A stretch of 64,000 nucleotides of DNA from an uncultured Actinomycetes bacterium (GCA_963821325.1 CAWGDC010000001.1:201794-265793); one strand, 5' to 3'. Positions 45,299 through 55,872 are shown, numbered from the stretch's first letter. The notes: a model not told the origin generated them from the sequence alone. Numbers and translations are program-made.

Positions 45299-45569
45299 CC
45301 GTCGGGACGCGCCGGGGCTTCCCTCGAGGCGCGCCGCGCCGAGCACGACGGTCCCGGCCCGGGTCGCGACGAGCGGGGCCGCCCGCGAGGGCGCCACGCG
45401 ACGCTCGGTGGCCTCCCCGTCGTGCGGATCGGCGACCCGAATCGGGGCCGTGGCCCGGGCCGGGGCCCCCGCACGCGGTGCCGGTCAGCGGGGCCGCCAC
45501 GCGGCGCCGACTCGGGCCTCTGACCAGCGAGATCCCGCTCCCGCGGGCCCGGCAAAGTACTCTCCGACC

Positions 45570-47400
45570 GTGCGGAGAGACGTTCTGATCGTCTCCGCCT
45601 CCATGGGTGCGGGCCATGATCGGGCGGCAGCGGAGCTGAGTCGGCGGTTGGCCACGGCCGGCCACGACTCCGAGATCGTCGACTTCTTGGAGCTGCTGCC
45701 CTTCGGGCTGGGCTGGCTGCTGAAGACCACCTACGAGTTCCAGCTGCGCCGCTGCCCCTGGACCTACGAGCTGGGCTACAAGATCCTCGGCTCGGCAGGC
45801 AAGGCGCTGTGGCGCCTCAACGTGTTCCTGTGCAGCTTCCTGACCCGCCGGGCGGTCTGTCGGACGCTGGTGGCCAGCTCCCCGAACGTCGTCGTCTCGA
45901 CGTACCCGTTCGCGTCGCTGGTGCTCGGCCACCTCCGGCGGATCGAGAAGCTGCGGGTCCCGGTCGCCACCTACCTCACCGACTTCGCGGTGCACCCGCT
46001 CTGGGTGCACGACGGCATCGACTTGCACCTCGCGGTGAGCGAGGACTCCGCCCAGGAGGCGTCGCTGCGCGGCGCCCGCGAGAGCGTCGGCACCGGGCCG
46101 CTCGTCGACGACCGCTTCCGGACCGGGGGCCGGTCACGTGACGAGGTCCGCCACGCGCTCGGCATCGACGAGAGCGCACGCGTCGCGCTCGTCGTGGCCG
46201 GGTCGCTCGGCTTCGGTGCCGTCCCGACGGTCGTCGACGGCATCCAGTCCTGCGGCGACTACCACGTCATCGCGGTCTGCGGCAGCAACACGAAGCTGCA
46301 GGCCTCGCTCCTCAAAGCGGGGCTGGGCGGCACCGTGCTGGGCTGGACCGACGAGATGCCCGAGCTCATGGGCGCCGCGGACGTCCTGGTCGAGAACGCG
46401 GGCGGGCTGACCGCGATGGAGGCGTTCGCCGCCGGGCTGCCCGTGGTGAGCTACCAGCCGATCGCCGGGCACGGCCGTGACAACGCCCGCCACATGGACA
46501 GCGCCCAGGTCAGCCACTACGCGCGCGAACGAAGCGGAGCTCGCGGTGGCGCTCGAGACCGCGACCACCCCCGGCCCGGGACGCGACGCGCTCGTCGACG
46601 CCGGCCGCGCCCTCTTCGCCGAGGACCCGACGCAGCGGATCCTCGACCTCGTCCCCGCCGACGCGACCGGCCCGGTGCTGCGCCCCTCCGAGCGGCCCGC
46701 GCTCCGCGACGTCGCGGCCGCGGCCCGCCGCGCCCCGTCGCACCTGTCGCGGCCCGAGCGGGTCATCGCCGTCCTCGGCATCGTGCTGAGCATCTGCTAC
46801 GTCGGGCTCACCGAGGGCGTCGAGGGCGCCGCCGCGCTCGGGGTCGGGGTCAGCAAGCCCCCGGCCGGCGTGCAGAACACCGTGTACCTGGGCGTGCGGC
46901 TCACCGCCGAGGAGCTCCATAACCCGCAGGTCGTCGCGAACGTCGAGGCGCTGCACGCCACCGTCATCGTGGACGGCCGCACCGCCCAGGCGTCGGGCCG
47001 GACCCTCGCCTACGTCGTCAGCCGGGGCGTCGACCTCGCCAACGGCGGGATGGGGATCCACACGTCGCTGCCCTGGACCCGGGCGGCCAACGACTGCCGA
47101 CGCGCCGGACAGATCATCACCCGCGCCGCGCACATCAAGCCGACCGAGTTCGTGCCCGGCCGCGGGTTCAACGGCTTCGATCAGATCTACTGCCGGGTCG
47201 GCGCGTACAAGACGAAGCTCGTCCTCGCCAACCTGACGTTCCACCCCGGGCACCTGCCGGCACGTCTGCGATCGCGGCGCATCTACCTGCTCGACGGGCG
47301 GGGCGGTGCACCCGCCGCGGTGGGCGTCGCGCTGCGCACCTTCGAGCAGCGTCTCGACAACGCCGGCTTCCAGTCGGATCCCCTCCGCGACCTGCACTAA
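45570..47400 (+). pseudogene. GT28/MGDG-synthase-like glycosyltransferase continuing (after one frameshift) into a TM + NodB-like C-terminal region
   Basis: GTG 45570. VLIVSASMGAGHDRAA…ENAGGLTAMEAFAAGLPVV…. The frame changes within GCGCGCG 46521-27 (…SHYAR|NEAELAVALETA…). The C-terminal part has a TM (VIAVLGIVLSICYVGL) and a domain with weak polysaccharide-deacetylase-like spacing. Length is 3n+1. Confidence 0.65.
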
Positions 47401-47418
47401 CCCGCGGTTCGGGCGGCG

Positions 47419-49128
47419 TCAGCGGTCGCTGCGACCCGCGGTCGGCGACACGATCGAGATCCCCACCGGCCGGTACACGGTCAGGCAGATCGTGCTGTAG
47501 CAGCGCCGCGGCCCGTCCCGCTCGTACGACCCGGGGGGGCGCCGCGCGCTCGGCTGTCCGGGGACGTCGACGTAGAACACCGTGCCCGACGCGTCCGACG
47601 GGTACCGGCGCAGCACCGCGCCCTTCGGGAAGACGGCGGTGCCCCAGTACCAGGGGACGTCCCGCGAGACGATGTGCGTGTGGGCGCGGACCGTGGCGTC
47701 GCCGTAGTGCAGCACGAGGAGATACGCCGCGGGGGAGGTCACGACGAGGTCGCCCGGCCGCACCCGCCCGTTCACGTGCTGGGCGAGGGTCGGTGTGTCC
47801 GGCTGCGTCAACGCGAAGCTGAGCACGACCGCCGCCGCGCCGGTCACCGCGAGCGACCCGACCGCGAACCGGCGCCAGGGCAGCGCCGCGAGCCCGACCC
47901 CCACGACGCAGACGAGCGGCCCCCACATCACCGAGGCGTAGCGGGCCTCGACCAGCGGATGCCACACGCTGACCGCGACGAGCAGCGCGATCCCGCCGAG
48001 CGAGCCGCCGGCGAGGAACGCGACCCCGCGATGCGCCGCCGCCGACTGTGCGCGCCACCGGGCGAGCACCGCGACGAGCGAGACGAACCCGAGGGTCACG
48101 ACCACGGCCTGCAGCACGACGAGCGCGGTGTAGCCCGGGATGCCCGCGTCGAGGGAGGGCCCGGCGAAGAACTGGACGGCGACGCCGCTCACGGTCGAGA
48201 ACCCGACACCGCCGACCCAGAACGGGCTGGCGCCGTGCGCGAACTGGGCGTGGGCGTAGACGAGCCACGGCAGGAGCGGCACGGCCGCGATCGCCGCGGC
48301 GGTCACGGCCCGGGTCCGCGTCGGGGCCGGCGCGCGCAGGATCACGAGCACCGCGGCGAGCTGGCCGATCACCGCGAAGGCCGTGAAGTAGTTGGTGGCG
48401 AGCGCCGCGGCCGTGGCGGCGCCGTACACGGCGGCGCGCGCCCAGGTCGGGCGCTCGACCAGACGCCACACGGCGAGCGTCGAGGCGAGCACGAGCGTCG
48501 TCGCCAGCGCGTACATGCGGGCGTCCCGCGAGGCGAGCACCAGGCTGGGGAACACCGCCACCGTCGCCGCGCACCACAGGCCCACGCGGTGACCCCCGAC
48601 CCGTCGGCCCAGCGCCGCCGCGATCGGGATCGCCGCCGTCCCGGCCAACGCCGACAGCGCCCGCAGGCCGCCGTTGCCCCCCCAGACGCTGACGAGGACG
48701 TGCTGGACCAGGTAGGAGAGCGGGGGCGCCGAATCGTGCGCGATCACGCGGAGCATGGCGCCGACCGAGCGGTGCACGGCGAGGACGGTGAACGCCTCGT
48801 CCCGCCAAAGGGGCTGGCGGCCGAGGAACGCGAAGCGCAGCACCGCGCCGCCCGCGGTGATCGCCGCGACCCGCGACGCGAAGCCCGGCGGACGCCACGC
48901 GGCGAGCCGCCGGCGGGGCGGGGCCGGCTCGGCACCGGCCGGCTCGGTGTCCGGGACGGCGGCGCGGATGTCGCTCGTCGTCACGCCCGGTCTCCCGCCG
49001 GGCCGCCCCGCGGGGTCGGCGCAGCGTGCCGCGGTGCCGTGTCGCCCGAGACGCGGACGTGGTCCATGAGTGCCCAGGGAAAGGAGGAGGAAGCGCCAGC
49101 GCGGCGGCGACGCCGCGGCGTCGAGCAT
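47419..49128 (-). CDS. polytopic membrane glycosyltransferase (GT39/GT83, PMT/ArnT-like)
   Basis: N-terminal loop …LRFAFLGRQPLWRDEAFTVL… followed by many TM segments. GTG 48984 (VTTSDIR…) is a plausible shorter start. Confidence 0.75.
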   Translation of the reverse strand: MLDAAASPPRWRFLLLSLGTHGPRPRLGRHGTAARCADPAGRPGGRPGVTTSDIRAAVPDTEPAGAEPAPPRRRLAAWRPPGFASRVAAITAGGAVLRFAFLGRQPLWRDEAFTVLAVHRSVGAMLRVIAHDSAPPLSYLVQHVLVSVWGGNGGLRALSALAGTAAIPIAAALGRRVGGHRVGLWCAATVAVFPSLVLASRDARMYALATTLVLASTLAVWRLVERPTWARAAVYGAATAAALATNYFTAFAVIGQLAAVLVILRAPAPTRTRAVTAAAIAAVPLLPWLVYAHAQFAHGASPFWVGGVGFSTVSGVAVQFFAGPSLDAGIPGYTALVVLQAVVVTLGFVSLVAVLARWRAQSAAAHRGVAFLAGGSLGGIALLVAVSVWHPLVEARYASVMWGPLVCVVGVGLAALPWRRFAVGSLAVTGAAAVVLSFALTQPDTPTLAQHVNGRVRPGDLVVTSPAAYLLVLHYGDATVRAHTHIVSRDVPWYWGTAVFPKGAVLRRYPSDASGTVFYVDVPGQPSARRPPGSYERDGPRRCYSTICLTVYRPVGISIVSPTAGRSDR

Positions 49129-49163
49129 AGGTCGGGCGGCTCGCCGATCGGCGGCCGCGCCGC

Positions 49164-50705
49164 TCAGGCGCCGCCCGCCGGGTGCGGCACGAGGAGCTGG
49201 ACGACGACCGGGTGACCGTGCGGATCGACTGCGGTCACGGTGGCCCGGGCGGCGAGCGCGGGGCCGACGGCGCGGCGCAGCTCGGCGCGGCTCGGCGCGA
49301 CGATGCGGGTGAAGCGGTCGGGGAGGATCGCCTGGTTGGGCTCGATGCGGGTCGGTGGATGGTCGGCGTCGAGGAACTGGATGTCGGACGCGGAGTAGTC
49401 GTCGACGATGACCGCGGCGCGGGGGCCGTGGTCGGCCGCGTGGGCCAGGGCGACGAGCGCGAACGTGTACGCGTCATACCGGTCGCGGACCGGGCGCGAG
49501 AAGTAGGCGTGGGCGCCGATCGCCGCGGCGTAGGAGAGCGCGGCGACGACGAGCGCCACGCCGGTGACCTGGCCGACGCGCCGCCCGTGCCGGGCCAGCC
49601 AGGTGACGGTCCCGACCGCGCCGATGCCGACGAGCGCGCCGACGTAGGGGGCGAGCCCGAGGTTGCGCAGGAAGTGCGGCGAGCCGCCCTCGGGGGCGAG
49701 CAGCGGCGGGATCAAGAAGATGACGACGCCCAGCAGGACGAGCCGATACGGCGGGTCCCGGCGGCGCTGCCAGGCGACGACGACGCCGACGACCGCGAGG
49801 GCGACGAGCGGCCAGCTGAGCAGCGGCATGCCGGCGACGTCGTGGCGCGGGTTGGGGTCGCCGACGAACGCGAACTGGCCGAGCGTGCGCAGGACGTGCG
49901 TGAGGTAGCTCTGGTGGTTGCCGGCGACGTTGAAGACGCTCGTCTCGGCGCCGCGGCCGAAGTAGTTGGCGGGCTCGATGAGCGCCACGGCGAGCATGGG
50001 GCCGCCGACGACGAGGAACCCGCCGAGCAGCCAGCGCACGTCGGCGACGAGCGCGTCGTAGGCGGCGCGGTCGTGGCGGCGCAGCTGCCAGAGCCACACG
50101 AGGACGAGCACCGGCGCGAGCTTCAGCGGCTGGTAGGTCCACAGGCCGGCGCCGACCGCGGCGCCGGCGAGCGCGGCCCGCCGCGCGCTCGGCCGGTCGG
50201 ACCAGGCGATGAGCGCGGCGAGGATCAGCGCGCCGGCGAGGGGGACGAGCACGTTGCGGAACCCGTCCCGGGCGATGCAGAGGAGCCACAACGAGCCGGC
50301 GGCCCAGGCCATCCCCGCCAGCGCCGCGCCGCGGCCGAAGCGTCGCAGCGCGAGGCCGATGGCGAGCACGCCGAGGACGCCGAGCACCGCCGAGACGCCT
50401 CGCAACGTCAGCGTGGTGTCGCCCGCGACGGCGAACGCGGCGGTGGCGAGGTAGGCGTAGAGCGGCTCGCGGCCGGCGTCCTCCGAGATGAACAGCGGGT
50501 GGTAGCCGAGGGGGTCGGCGAGGATGCGCTGCGCCGTCACCCCTTCGGCGGCCTCGTCGGGGTAGAGCCCACCTGGCTGGTGGTCCAGGTCGGCGAGGCG
50601 GGCTACGGCCGCGCCGGCCGTGAGGAGGAGCACGAGCGCCACCAGCCCCGCCGCCGCCCACCGCCGCCGCGTCGACGGCGACGGCGTCTCGAGGTCCGTC
50701 CCCAC
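49164..50705 (-). CDS. polytopic membrane glycosyltransferase (GT39/GT83, PMT/ArnT-like)
   Basis: …GGLYPDEAAEGVTAQRIL…GREPLYAYL… followed by more than 10 hydrophobic segments. 513 aa. Confidence 0.75.
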   Translation of the reverse strand: MGTDLETPSPSTRRRWAAAGLVALVLLLTAGAAVARLADLDHQPGGLYPDEAAEGVTAQRILADPLGYHPLFISEDAGREPLYAYLATAAFAVAGDTTLTLRGVSAVLGVLGVLAIGLALRRFGRGAALAGMAWAAGSLWLLCIARDGFRNVLVPLAGALILAALIAWSDRPSARRAALAGAAVGAGLWTYQPLKLAPVLVLVWLWQLRRHDRAAYDALVADVRWLLGGFLVVGGPMLAVALIEPANYFGRGAETSVFNVAGNHQSYLTHVLRTLGQFAFVGDPNPRHDVAGMPLLSWPLVALAVVGVVVAWQRRRDPPYRLVLLGVVIFLIPPLLAPEGGSPHFLRNLGLAPYVGALVGIGAVGTVTWLARHGRRVGQVTGVALVVAALSYAAAIGAHAYFSRPVRDRYDAYTFALVALAHAADHGPRAAVIVDDYSASDIQFLDADHPPTRIEPNQAILPDRFTRIVAPSRAELRRAVGPALAARATVTAVDPHGHPVVVQLLVPHPAGGA

Positions 50706-50748
50706 GGGCGGGCAGGCTAAAGGACGGGTGGTGCGACCCTCCCGCGGC

Positions 50749-51427
50749 TCAGCGGGGCGGGGTCGCGACGCCGGTGGCCGCGCCGACGAGGCGGCGCACC
50801 GAGTAGTCGAAGAGCTCGTCGGCGGACACCGGGCGGCGCAGCGCGTCGAGCAGCTCGGCGGCGCCGTCGACGTCGTCGGCGGTCCAGAGATCCTCGGGGG
50901 CGACGTGCTGGCTCGGGGACCGGGCGACCTGGATGTCGATCAGCACCGACCCGGTGACGAACTGGAGGATGGCGTGCAACGCCGAGCGCGGCGTCGTGGC
51001 CGTGGAGCCCGGCGGCGGTGAGCTCGCGGACGAGGACCCGTCGCACCGGCTGGAAGAGCTCGGCGGTGCGGCCTTGCGCGTGGACGACGGCCACGAGCTC
51101 GGGTCGCTCGAGGAGGTTGCGACGCCAGGCGCGGCACACGGAGGTGATGCGCGTCGCGGCGTCGTCGCCCTGCACGGGCACGGCGGCCAGCCGGGTGATG
51201 ATGCGGTCGACGACCGCGTCGAGGAGCACCGACTTGTCGCCGACGTGCCAGTAGATGGCGGTGACGGCGACGCCGAGCCGGCTGGCGAGGCGCCGCATGG
51301 TGAGGGCGGCGACGCCGTCGGTCTCGACGAGCGCCAGCGCGGCCGTGACGATCTGCTCGGGGCTCAGCGTGGTGCGGGCCGGCTCGTCGGCGCCGCCGAC
51401 GGCCACTTGACCCGCTGAACCGGCCAT
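50749..51427 (-). pseudogene. TetR family regulator, one frameshift in the ligand-binding half
   Basis: HTH LTMRRLASRLGVAVTAIYWHVGDK. After …LHGHDAAL the track ORF becomes Arg-rich, while the adjacent frame (track ORF 50749..50979) reads LHAILQFVTGSVLIDIQVARS…. The switch is at CC 50982-83. Length is 3n+1. Confidence 0.75.
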
Positions 51428-51434
51428 GCAACGA

Positions 51435-51455
51435 TGTTACACGAACAGTGTTACA
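51435..51455. promoter_or_regulatory. two direct copies of TGTTACA, 14 bp apart, in the tetR/amidohydrolase divergent region (candidate operator/promoter)
   Basis: CGA-TGTTACA-CGAACAG-TGTTACA-GAG (51435-41 and 51449-55). Unusually AT-rich; begins 8 nt from the tetR ATG. Confidence 0.35.
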
Positions 51456-51481
51456 GAGGGCGGGTGCGGGGAAGGCGGCCA

Positions 51482-52714
51482 GTGACCCCGACCGAGGATC
51501 GCTACGTCGTGGTGTCGGCAGACGGCCACGCCGGCAACGAGATGCTCGGCTACCGCGACTACCTCGAGCGCCGCTACCTCGACGAGTTCGACGCCTGGGC
51601 CGCCGAGTACGTCGTGCCGTTCCCCGACCTCGAGGGGCCGGACGCGAGCCGCAACTGGGACAGCGACCGGCGCCTCGCCGAGACCGAGGCCGACGGCATC
51701 GTCGCCGAGGTGCTGTTCCCGAACACCGTCCCACCGTTCTTCCCCAAGTCGACGCTCACGGCGCGCCCGCCCGTCGACGCCGCGGAGCTCGAGCGCCGCT
51801 GGGCCGGGTTGCGGGCGCACAACCGCTGGCTCGTCGACTTCTGCGCCGCGGCGCCGGGACGGCGGGCCGGGATCGCGCAGATCCTCCTCGCCGACGTCGA
51901 CGCCGCGGTGGACGAGATCCGCTGGGCGCGCCACGCCGGCCTGACCGGCGGGGTGCTGCTCCCCGGCGCCCCGCCCGGCACCGGCCTCCCGCCCCTCTAC
52001 TCCCCCGTCTACGAGCCCATCTGGTCGGTGTGCGAGGAGCTGGCGATGCCGGTGAACCACCACTCGGGCAGCGCGGTGCCGCCACTGGACGACACACCGG
52101 TCGACAACGTGATGTTCGTCCTCGAGGTCACGTGGTGGGCGCACCGCACGTTCCCGCACCTGGCGTTCAGCGGCGTCCTCGAGCGGCACCCCACCCTCCA
52201 GCTCGTGCTCACCGAGCAGGGCACCGCGTGGATCCCCGAGGAGCTGCGCCGCCTCGACTACTTCTTCGAGCGGATGCGGTCCGCGACCGGCACCCAGGAG
52301 ATGGAGTGGGGCCGCGAGGTGGTCGGCGCCCTGTCGCTGCGCCCGAGCGAGTACTGGGCCCGCCAGTGCCACGTCGGGTCCAGCTTCCTGCGCCCGGGTG
52401 AGGTCCCGATGCGCTACGAGGTCGGCGTCGACCGGATCATGTGGGGCAGCGACTATCCCCACCGCGAATCCAGCTTCCCGTTCTCGCACGAGGCGCTGCG
52501 CCTCTCGTTCGCCGACGTCGACGAAGCCGAGGTGCGGGCCATGGTCGGCGAGAACGCCGCGGCGCTCTACGGGTTCGACCTCGACGCGCTCGCGCCGATC
52601 GCCGCGACGGTCGGCCCGACCGTCGCCGAGGTCGCCCGACCCCTGCCCGACGCGGACATCCCTGCGGCGGCCCGCCGCTGCCCGGCGTTCGCCGACACCG
52701 CCAACGTGCACTGA
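51482..52714 (+). CDS. amidohydrolase-2 family (PF04909-like) protein
   Basis: VVVSADGHAG…WGSDYPHRES. GTG 51482 (alternatives 51464 and 51434). Confidence 0.8.
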   Translation: MTPTEDRYVVVSADGHAGNEMLGYRDYLERRYLDEFDAWAAEYVVPFPDLEGPDASRNWDSDRRLAETEADGIVAEVLFPNTVPPFFPKSTLTARPPVDAAELERRWAGLRAHNRWLVDFCAAAPGRRAGIAQILLADVDAAVDEIRWARHAGLTGGVLLPGAPPGTGLPPLYSPVYEPIWSVCEELAMPVNHHSGSAVPPLDDTPVDNVMFVLEVTWWAHRTFPHLAFSGVLERHPTLQLVLTEQGTAWIPEELRRLDYFFERMRSATGTQEMEWGREVVGALSLRPSEYWARQCHVGSSFLRPGEVPMRYEVGVDRIMWGSDYPHRESSFPFSHEALRLSFADVDEAEVRAMVGENAAALYGFDLDALAPIAATVGPTVAEVARPLPDADIPAAARRCPAFADTANVH

Positions 52715-52761
52715 CCGACTGTGGCGCGCCCGCCCCGGCGGGCGTCCGACAAGGAGCACCC

Positions 52762-53541
52762 GTGGGAACCATCCGATACGCCGCCCGCACCGAGGAGCAG
52801 CTCCGCAACCGGGAGCTCGAAGCGACGTCGCGTGGCGCCTGGTCCACGACGCTCGTCGCCGTGTACGAGACCGACCCCGACGTCGTCGCGGCGGTGCTGC
52901 CACCGCCGCTCGAGGCGCCGCCCGAGCCGCTCGCCCGGGTCACGATCGCCCGGGTCGACATGGCGGGCCTCCCCACGTTCGGCGCGGCGACCGTCGCGGT
53001 GATGGCCCGCCACGAGGGCACCGACGCGGACTACGCCCTCGTGATGCCGATGACGACGGAGCAGTCGGTGATCGGCGGCCGGGAGACGTTCGGCGAGCCG
53101 AAGAAGATCGGTGACGTGACCCTCGAACGCGACGGTGACCGCGTCGTCGGGAAGGTCACCCGGTTCGGGATCACGTTCGTCGAGGTCACCGGCCGGGTCA
53201 CGGGGACGCTCCCGAACCCGCCCGACGGTCGGCGCACCAGCTTCTACTTCAAGTTCCTGCCGTCACCCGACGGCAAGGGCTTCGACGCCGAGCCGTCGCT
53301 CATCTACTGCCACCGGGACGAGACGACCCGCCACCTCGAAGCGGTCGACGGTACGGTGACCCTCCGCGAGTCGCGCTTCGATCCCGTCGCCGACATCCCG
53401 GTGCGTCACGTCCGGGAGATCACGATCGCGGAGCGGCGCAGCTCCCAGATCGGCGAGATCCACTCCCGGGTGCCGAGCGACTGGCTCCTCCCGTACGTGC
53501 ATCAGCGCTACGACGACCTCTCCCCGGTGGGTGAGGAGTAG
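52762..53541 (+). CDS. acetoacetate decarboxylase (ADC) family protein
   Basis: GTG 52762 preceded by AAGGAG. …GGRETFGEPKKIG…FYFKFLPSPDG… is typical of the ADC fold family. Confidence 0.75.
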   Translation: MGTIRYAARTEEQLRNRELEATSRGAWSTTLVAVYETDPDVVAAVLPPPLEAPPEPLARVTIARVDMAGLPTFGAATVAVMARHEGTDADYALVMPMTTEQSVIGGRETFGEPKKIGDVTLERDGDRVVGKVTRFGITFVEVTGRVTGTLPNPPDGRRTSFYFKFLPSPDGKGFDAEPSLIYCHRDETTRHLEAVDGTVTLRESRFDPVADIPVRHVREITIAERRSSQIGEIHSRVPSDWLLPYVHQRYDDLSPVGEE

Positions 53542-53546
53542 CCGGC

Positions 53547-54431
53547 GTGCTCGAGGCGCTCGAGGGCAAGACCGCCGTCGTCACCGGCGGGGGCAGCGGG
53601 CTCGGCCGCGCCCTCGGGGAGCGCTTCGCGCGGGAGGGCATGCGCGTCGTCCTCGCCGACGTCCAGGCGCCGGTGCTCGACGCCACCGTCGCCGAGCTGC
53701 GCGGCGCCGGTCTCGACGTCGTCGGCGTCGAGACGGACGTGTCGAGCTGGGCGTCGGTCGCCGCGCTGCGCGACCGAGCGATCGAGCACGGCGGCGCCGT
53801 CCACCTCGTCTGCAACAACGCCGGGATCGGCGCCGGCGCCGAGGGGCGGCTGTGGGAGCACGAGCTGAACGACTGGCGGTGGGCGCTCGGCGTGAACCTC
53901 TGGGGTGTCATCCACGGCATCAACGCGTTCGTGCCCCACATGCTCGAGCACGGCGAGCCGGCGCATGTGGTCAACACCTCGTCGGGCAACGGCGGCGTCG
54001 CCCCCCTGTCGGGAACCCCCGAGTACGCGGTGACGAAGGCCGCCGTGGTGACGCTCACCGAGACGCTGTACGCCCAGCTCACCGAGGACGGCGCGGCCGT
54101 CGGGGCGTCGGTGCTGTTCCCCGGGCCACACATGCTCCGCACCGGCCTCTTCGATTCCTGGCGGACCCGGCCGGCGGCGTACGCCAGAGAGCGGCCCCGC
54201 CGCACCCCGCCGGTCACGCTCGACCAGTACGAGACGCTGATGCGCGACGCCGGGAAGACCATCCAGTACACGCCGGTGGAGGAGGTCGCGGGTCGTGTCG
54301 TCGACGCGGTGCGCGCCGGCGACTTCTGGATCCTGCCGCCCGACGAGCGCACCGACGAGCGCATCCACGCCCGCGCCGACTCGATGCTCAAGCGGGAGAA
54401 CCCCACCTACATCCAGGCCGTGTCGGGCTGA
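53547..54431 (+). CDS. short-chain dehydrogenase/reductase (SDR)
   Basis: TAVVTGGGSGLGRAL, NNAGI, YAVTKAAV. Confidence 0.88.
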   Translation: MLEALEGKTAVVTGGGSGLGRALGERFAREGMRVVLADVQAPVLDATVAELRGAGLDVVGVETDVSSWASVAALRDRAIEHGGAVHLVCNNAGIGAGAEGRLWEHELNDWRWALGVNLWGVIHGINAFVPHMLEHGEPAHVVNTSSGNGGVAPLSGTPEYAVTKAAVVTLTETLYAQLTEDGAAVGASVLFPGPHMLRTGLFDSWRTRPAAYARERPRRTPPVTLDQYETLMRDAGKTIQYTPVEEVAGRVVDAVRAGDFWILPPDERTDERIHARADSMLKRENPTYIQAVSG

Positions 54432-54447
54432 GCCGGAGAGGAGCGCC

Positions 54448-55731
54448 ATGTCCCGCTATCTCGTGATCTCCTCCGACTGTCATGCCGGCCTGCCCAACGA
54501 GCAGTACCGCGACTGGCTCGACCCCGCGTACCGCGACGCGTTCGACGAGGCCCAGACCGCCCGCGCCGCCGCGGAGCAGGAGCTGGTGGGCCGCGGGCTG
54601 CGCAACGAGGCGTTCGCCGAGGAGTGGGAGCGCGAGAACGAGGAGGGGCTGCGCGGCGGCTGGGACGCGCCCCGTCGCGACAAGGAGCTCGACGCCGACG
54701 GTGTCGCCGGCGAGGTCATCTTCCCCGACGCCGACGCGGTGACCGGCGGCGCCTCCGCGCCGTTCGGCGCCGGCCTCGGCACCGGCGGCGACCAGGATCC
54801 GGAGCTGCTGCTGGCCGGCGCCCGGGCCCACAACCGCTGGCTCGCCGAGCTGTGCGCCGACAGCCCGACCCGCCGCGCCGGCGTGGCCATCGTCCCGATC
54901 CTGCACGACATCGACGCCGCCACCGCCGAGATCCACCGGGCCGCGGCGAGCGGGCTGCGGGGCGGCATCCTCATCCCCTCGATGTGGCAGCCGTACCCGC
55001 CGTACCACGACGACCGGTACGACCCGATCTGGGCGGCCTGCCAGGACCTCGACCTGCCCGTCCACGTCCACTCCGGCGCCGCGGACAAGGAGGCCTACGG
55101 CGAGCACGTCGGCATCTACGTCACCGAGGTCCGCTGGTGGTCGATGCGCGCCCTGTGGTTCCTGCTGTGGGCCGGCAAGTTCGACCAGTTCCCCCACCTC
55201 ACGTTCGTGGTCACCGAGTGCGGCGCGTTCTGGGCACCGGACCTGCTCTGGACGTCCGACATCGTCTACGACCGGGAGCACGCCGCGAAGAAGATGGGCG
55301 CGCAGCTCACCGCGGCGTTGCACATGCGGCCCAGCGACTACTTCGACCGCAACTGCGCGATCGGCGCGTCGAACACCCGTCGCCGCGAGCTGGCGCGCCG
55401 CTACGAGATCGGGGTCACCAACTTGATGTGGGGCAACGACTTCCCCCATCCCGAAGGCACCTGGCCGCACACGAAGGAGTGGCTGCGGCGCGCGTTCTCG
55501 GACATCCCCGTCGACGAGACCGCCGCCATCCTCGGCGGCAACGCCGCGGCGGTCTATGGCTTCGACGTCGAGGCCCTCGCACCGCTCGCCGACCGGATCG
55601 GCCCGACCCCCGACGAGCTCGGCCAGACCCGCGCGGACGCCGACGGCCGCCTCGACAAGTGGGCCCCGCTCAAGGCGGCCGGCCGGCCCTGGCTCACCGG
55701 CATCGACGTCCCCGAGGTCCCCACCGGCTGA
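54448..55731 (+). CDS. amidohydrolase-2 family (PF04909-like) protein
   Basis: ATG 54448 behind GGAGAGGAG. LVISSDCHAG…WGNDFPHPEG. Confidence 0.82.
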   Translation: MSRYLVISSDCHAGLPNEQYRDWLDPAYRDAFDEAQTARAAAEQELVGRGLRNEAFAEEWERENEEGLRGGWDAPRRDKELDADGVAGEVIFPDADAVTGGASAPFGAGLGTGGDQDPELLLAGARAHNRWLAELCADSPTRRAGVAIVPILHDIDAATAEIHRAAASGLRGGILIPSMWQPYPPYHDDRYDPIWAACQDLDLPVHVHSGAADKEAYGEHVGIYVTEVRWWSMRALWFLLWAGKFDQFPHLTFVVTECGAFWAPDLLWTSDIVYDREHAAKKMGAQLTAALHMRPSDYFDRNCAIGASNTRRRELARRYEIGVTNLMWGNDFPHPEGTWPHTKEWLRRAFSDIPVDETAAILGGNAAAVYGFDVEALAPLADRIGPTPDELGQTRADADGRLDKWAPLKAAGRPWLTGIDVPEVPTG

Positions 55732-55872
55732 GCCCCGCCCCACGGCGCGGCGGGAGCCGAGCGGCCCGGGGTGATCAGCCTGGACTTGCCCCGGAGAACC
55801 AGCCCCGAAACTTTCCTCCCTGATGACGGCGTCAGCCACCCGGGTTTCGTATCGTCGTGAGGCAACCAGGAG

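Noticed and set aside
43130-45397. 755-aa minus-strand ORF; similar long ORFs at 54388..56694, 649..1812, 5034..6338, 16171..17397, 28179..29792, 47168..48898 and 49182..50720
   Set aside because: All are antisense or out of frame to genes with clear family motifs, and all have low-complexity Arg/Pro/Gly composition. I treat them as GC artefacts.
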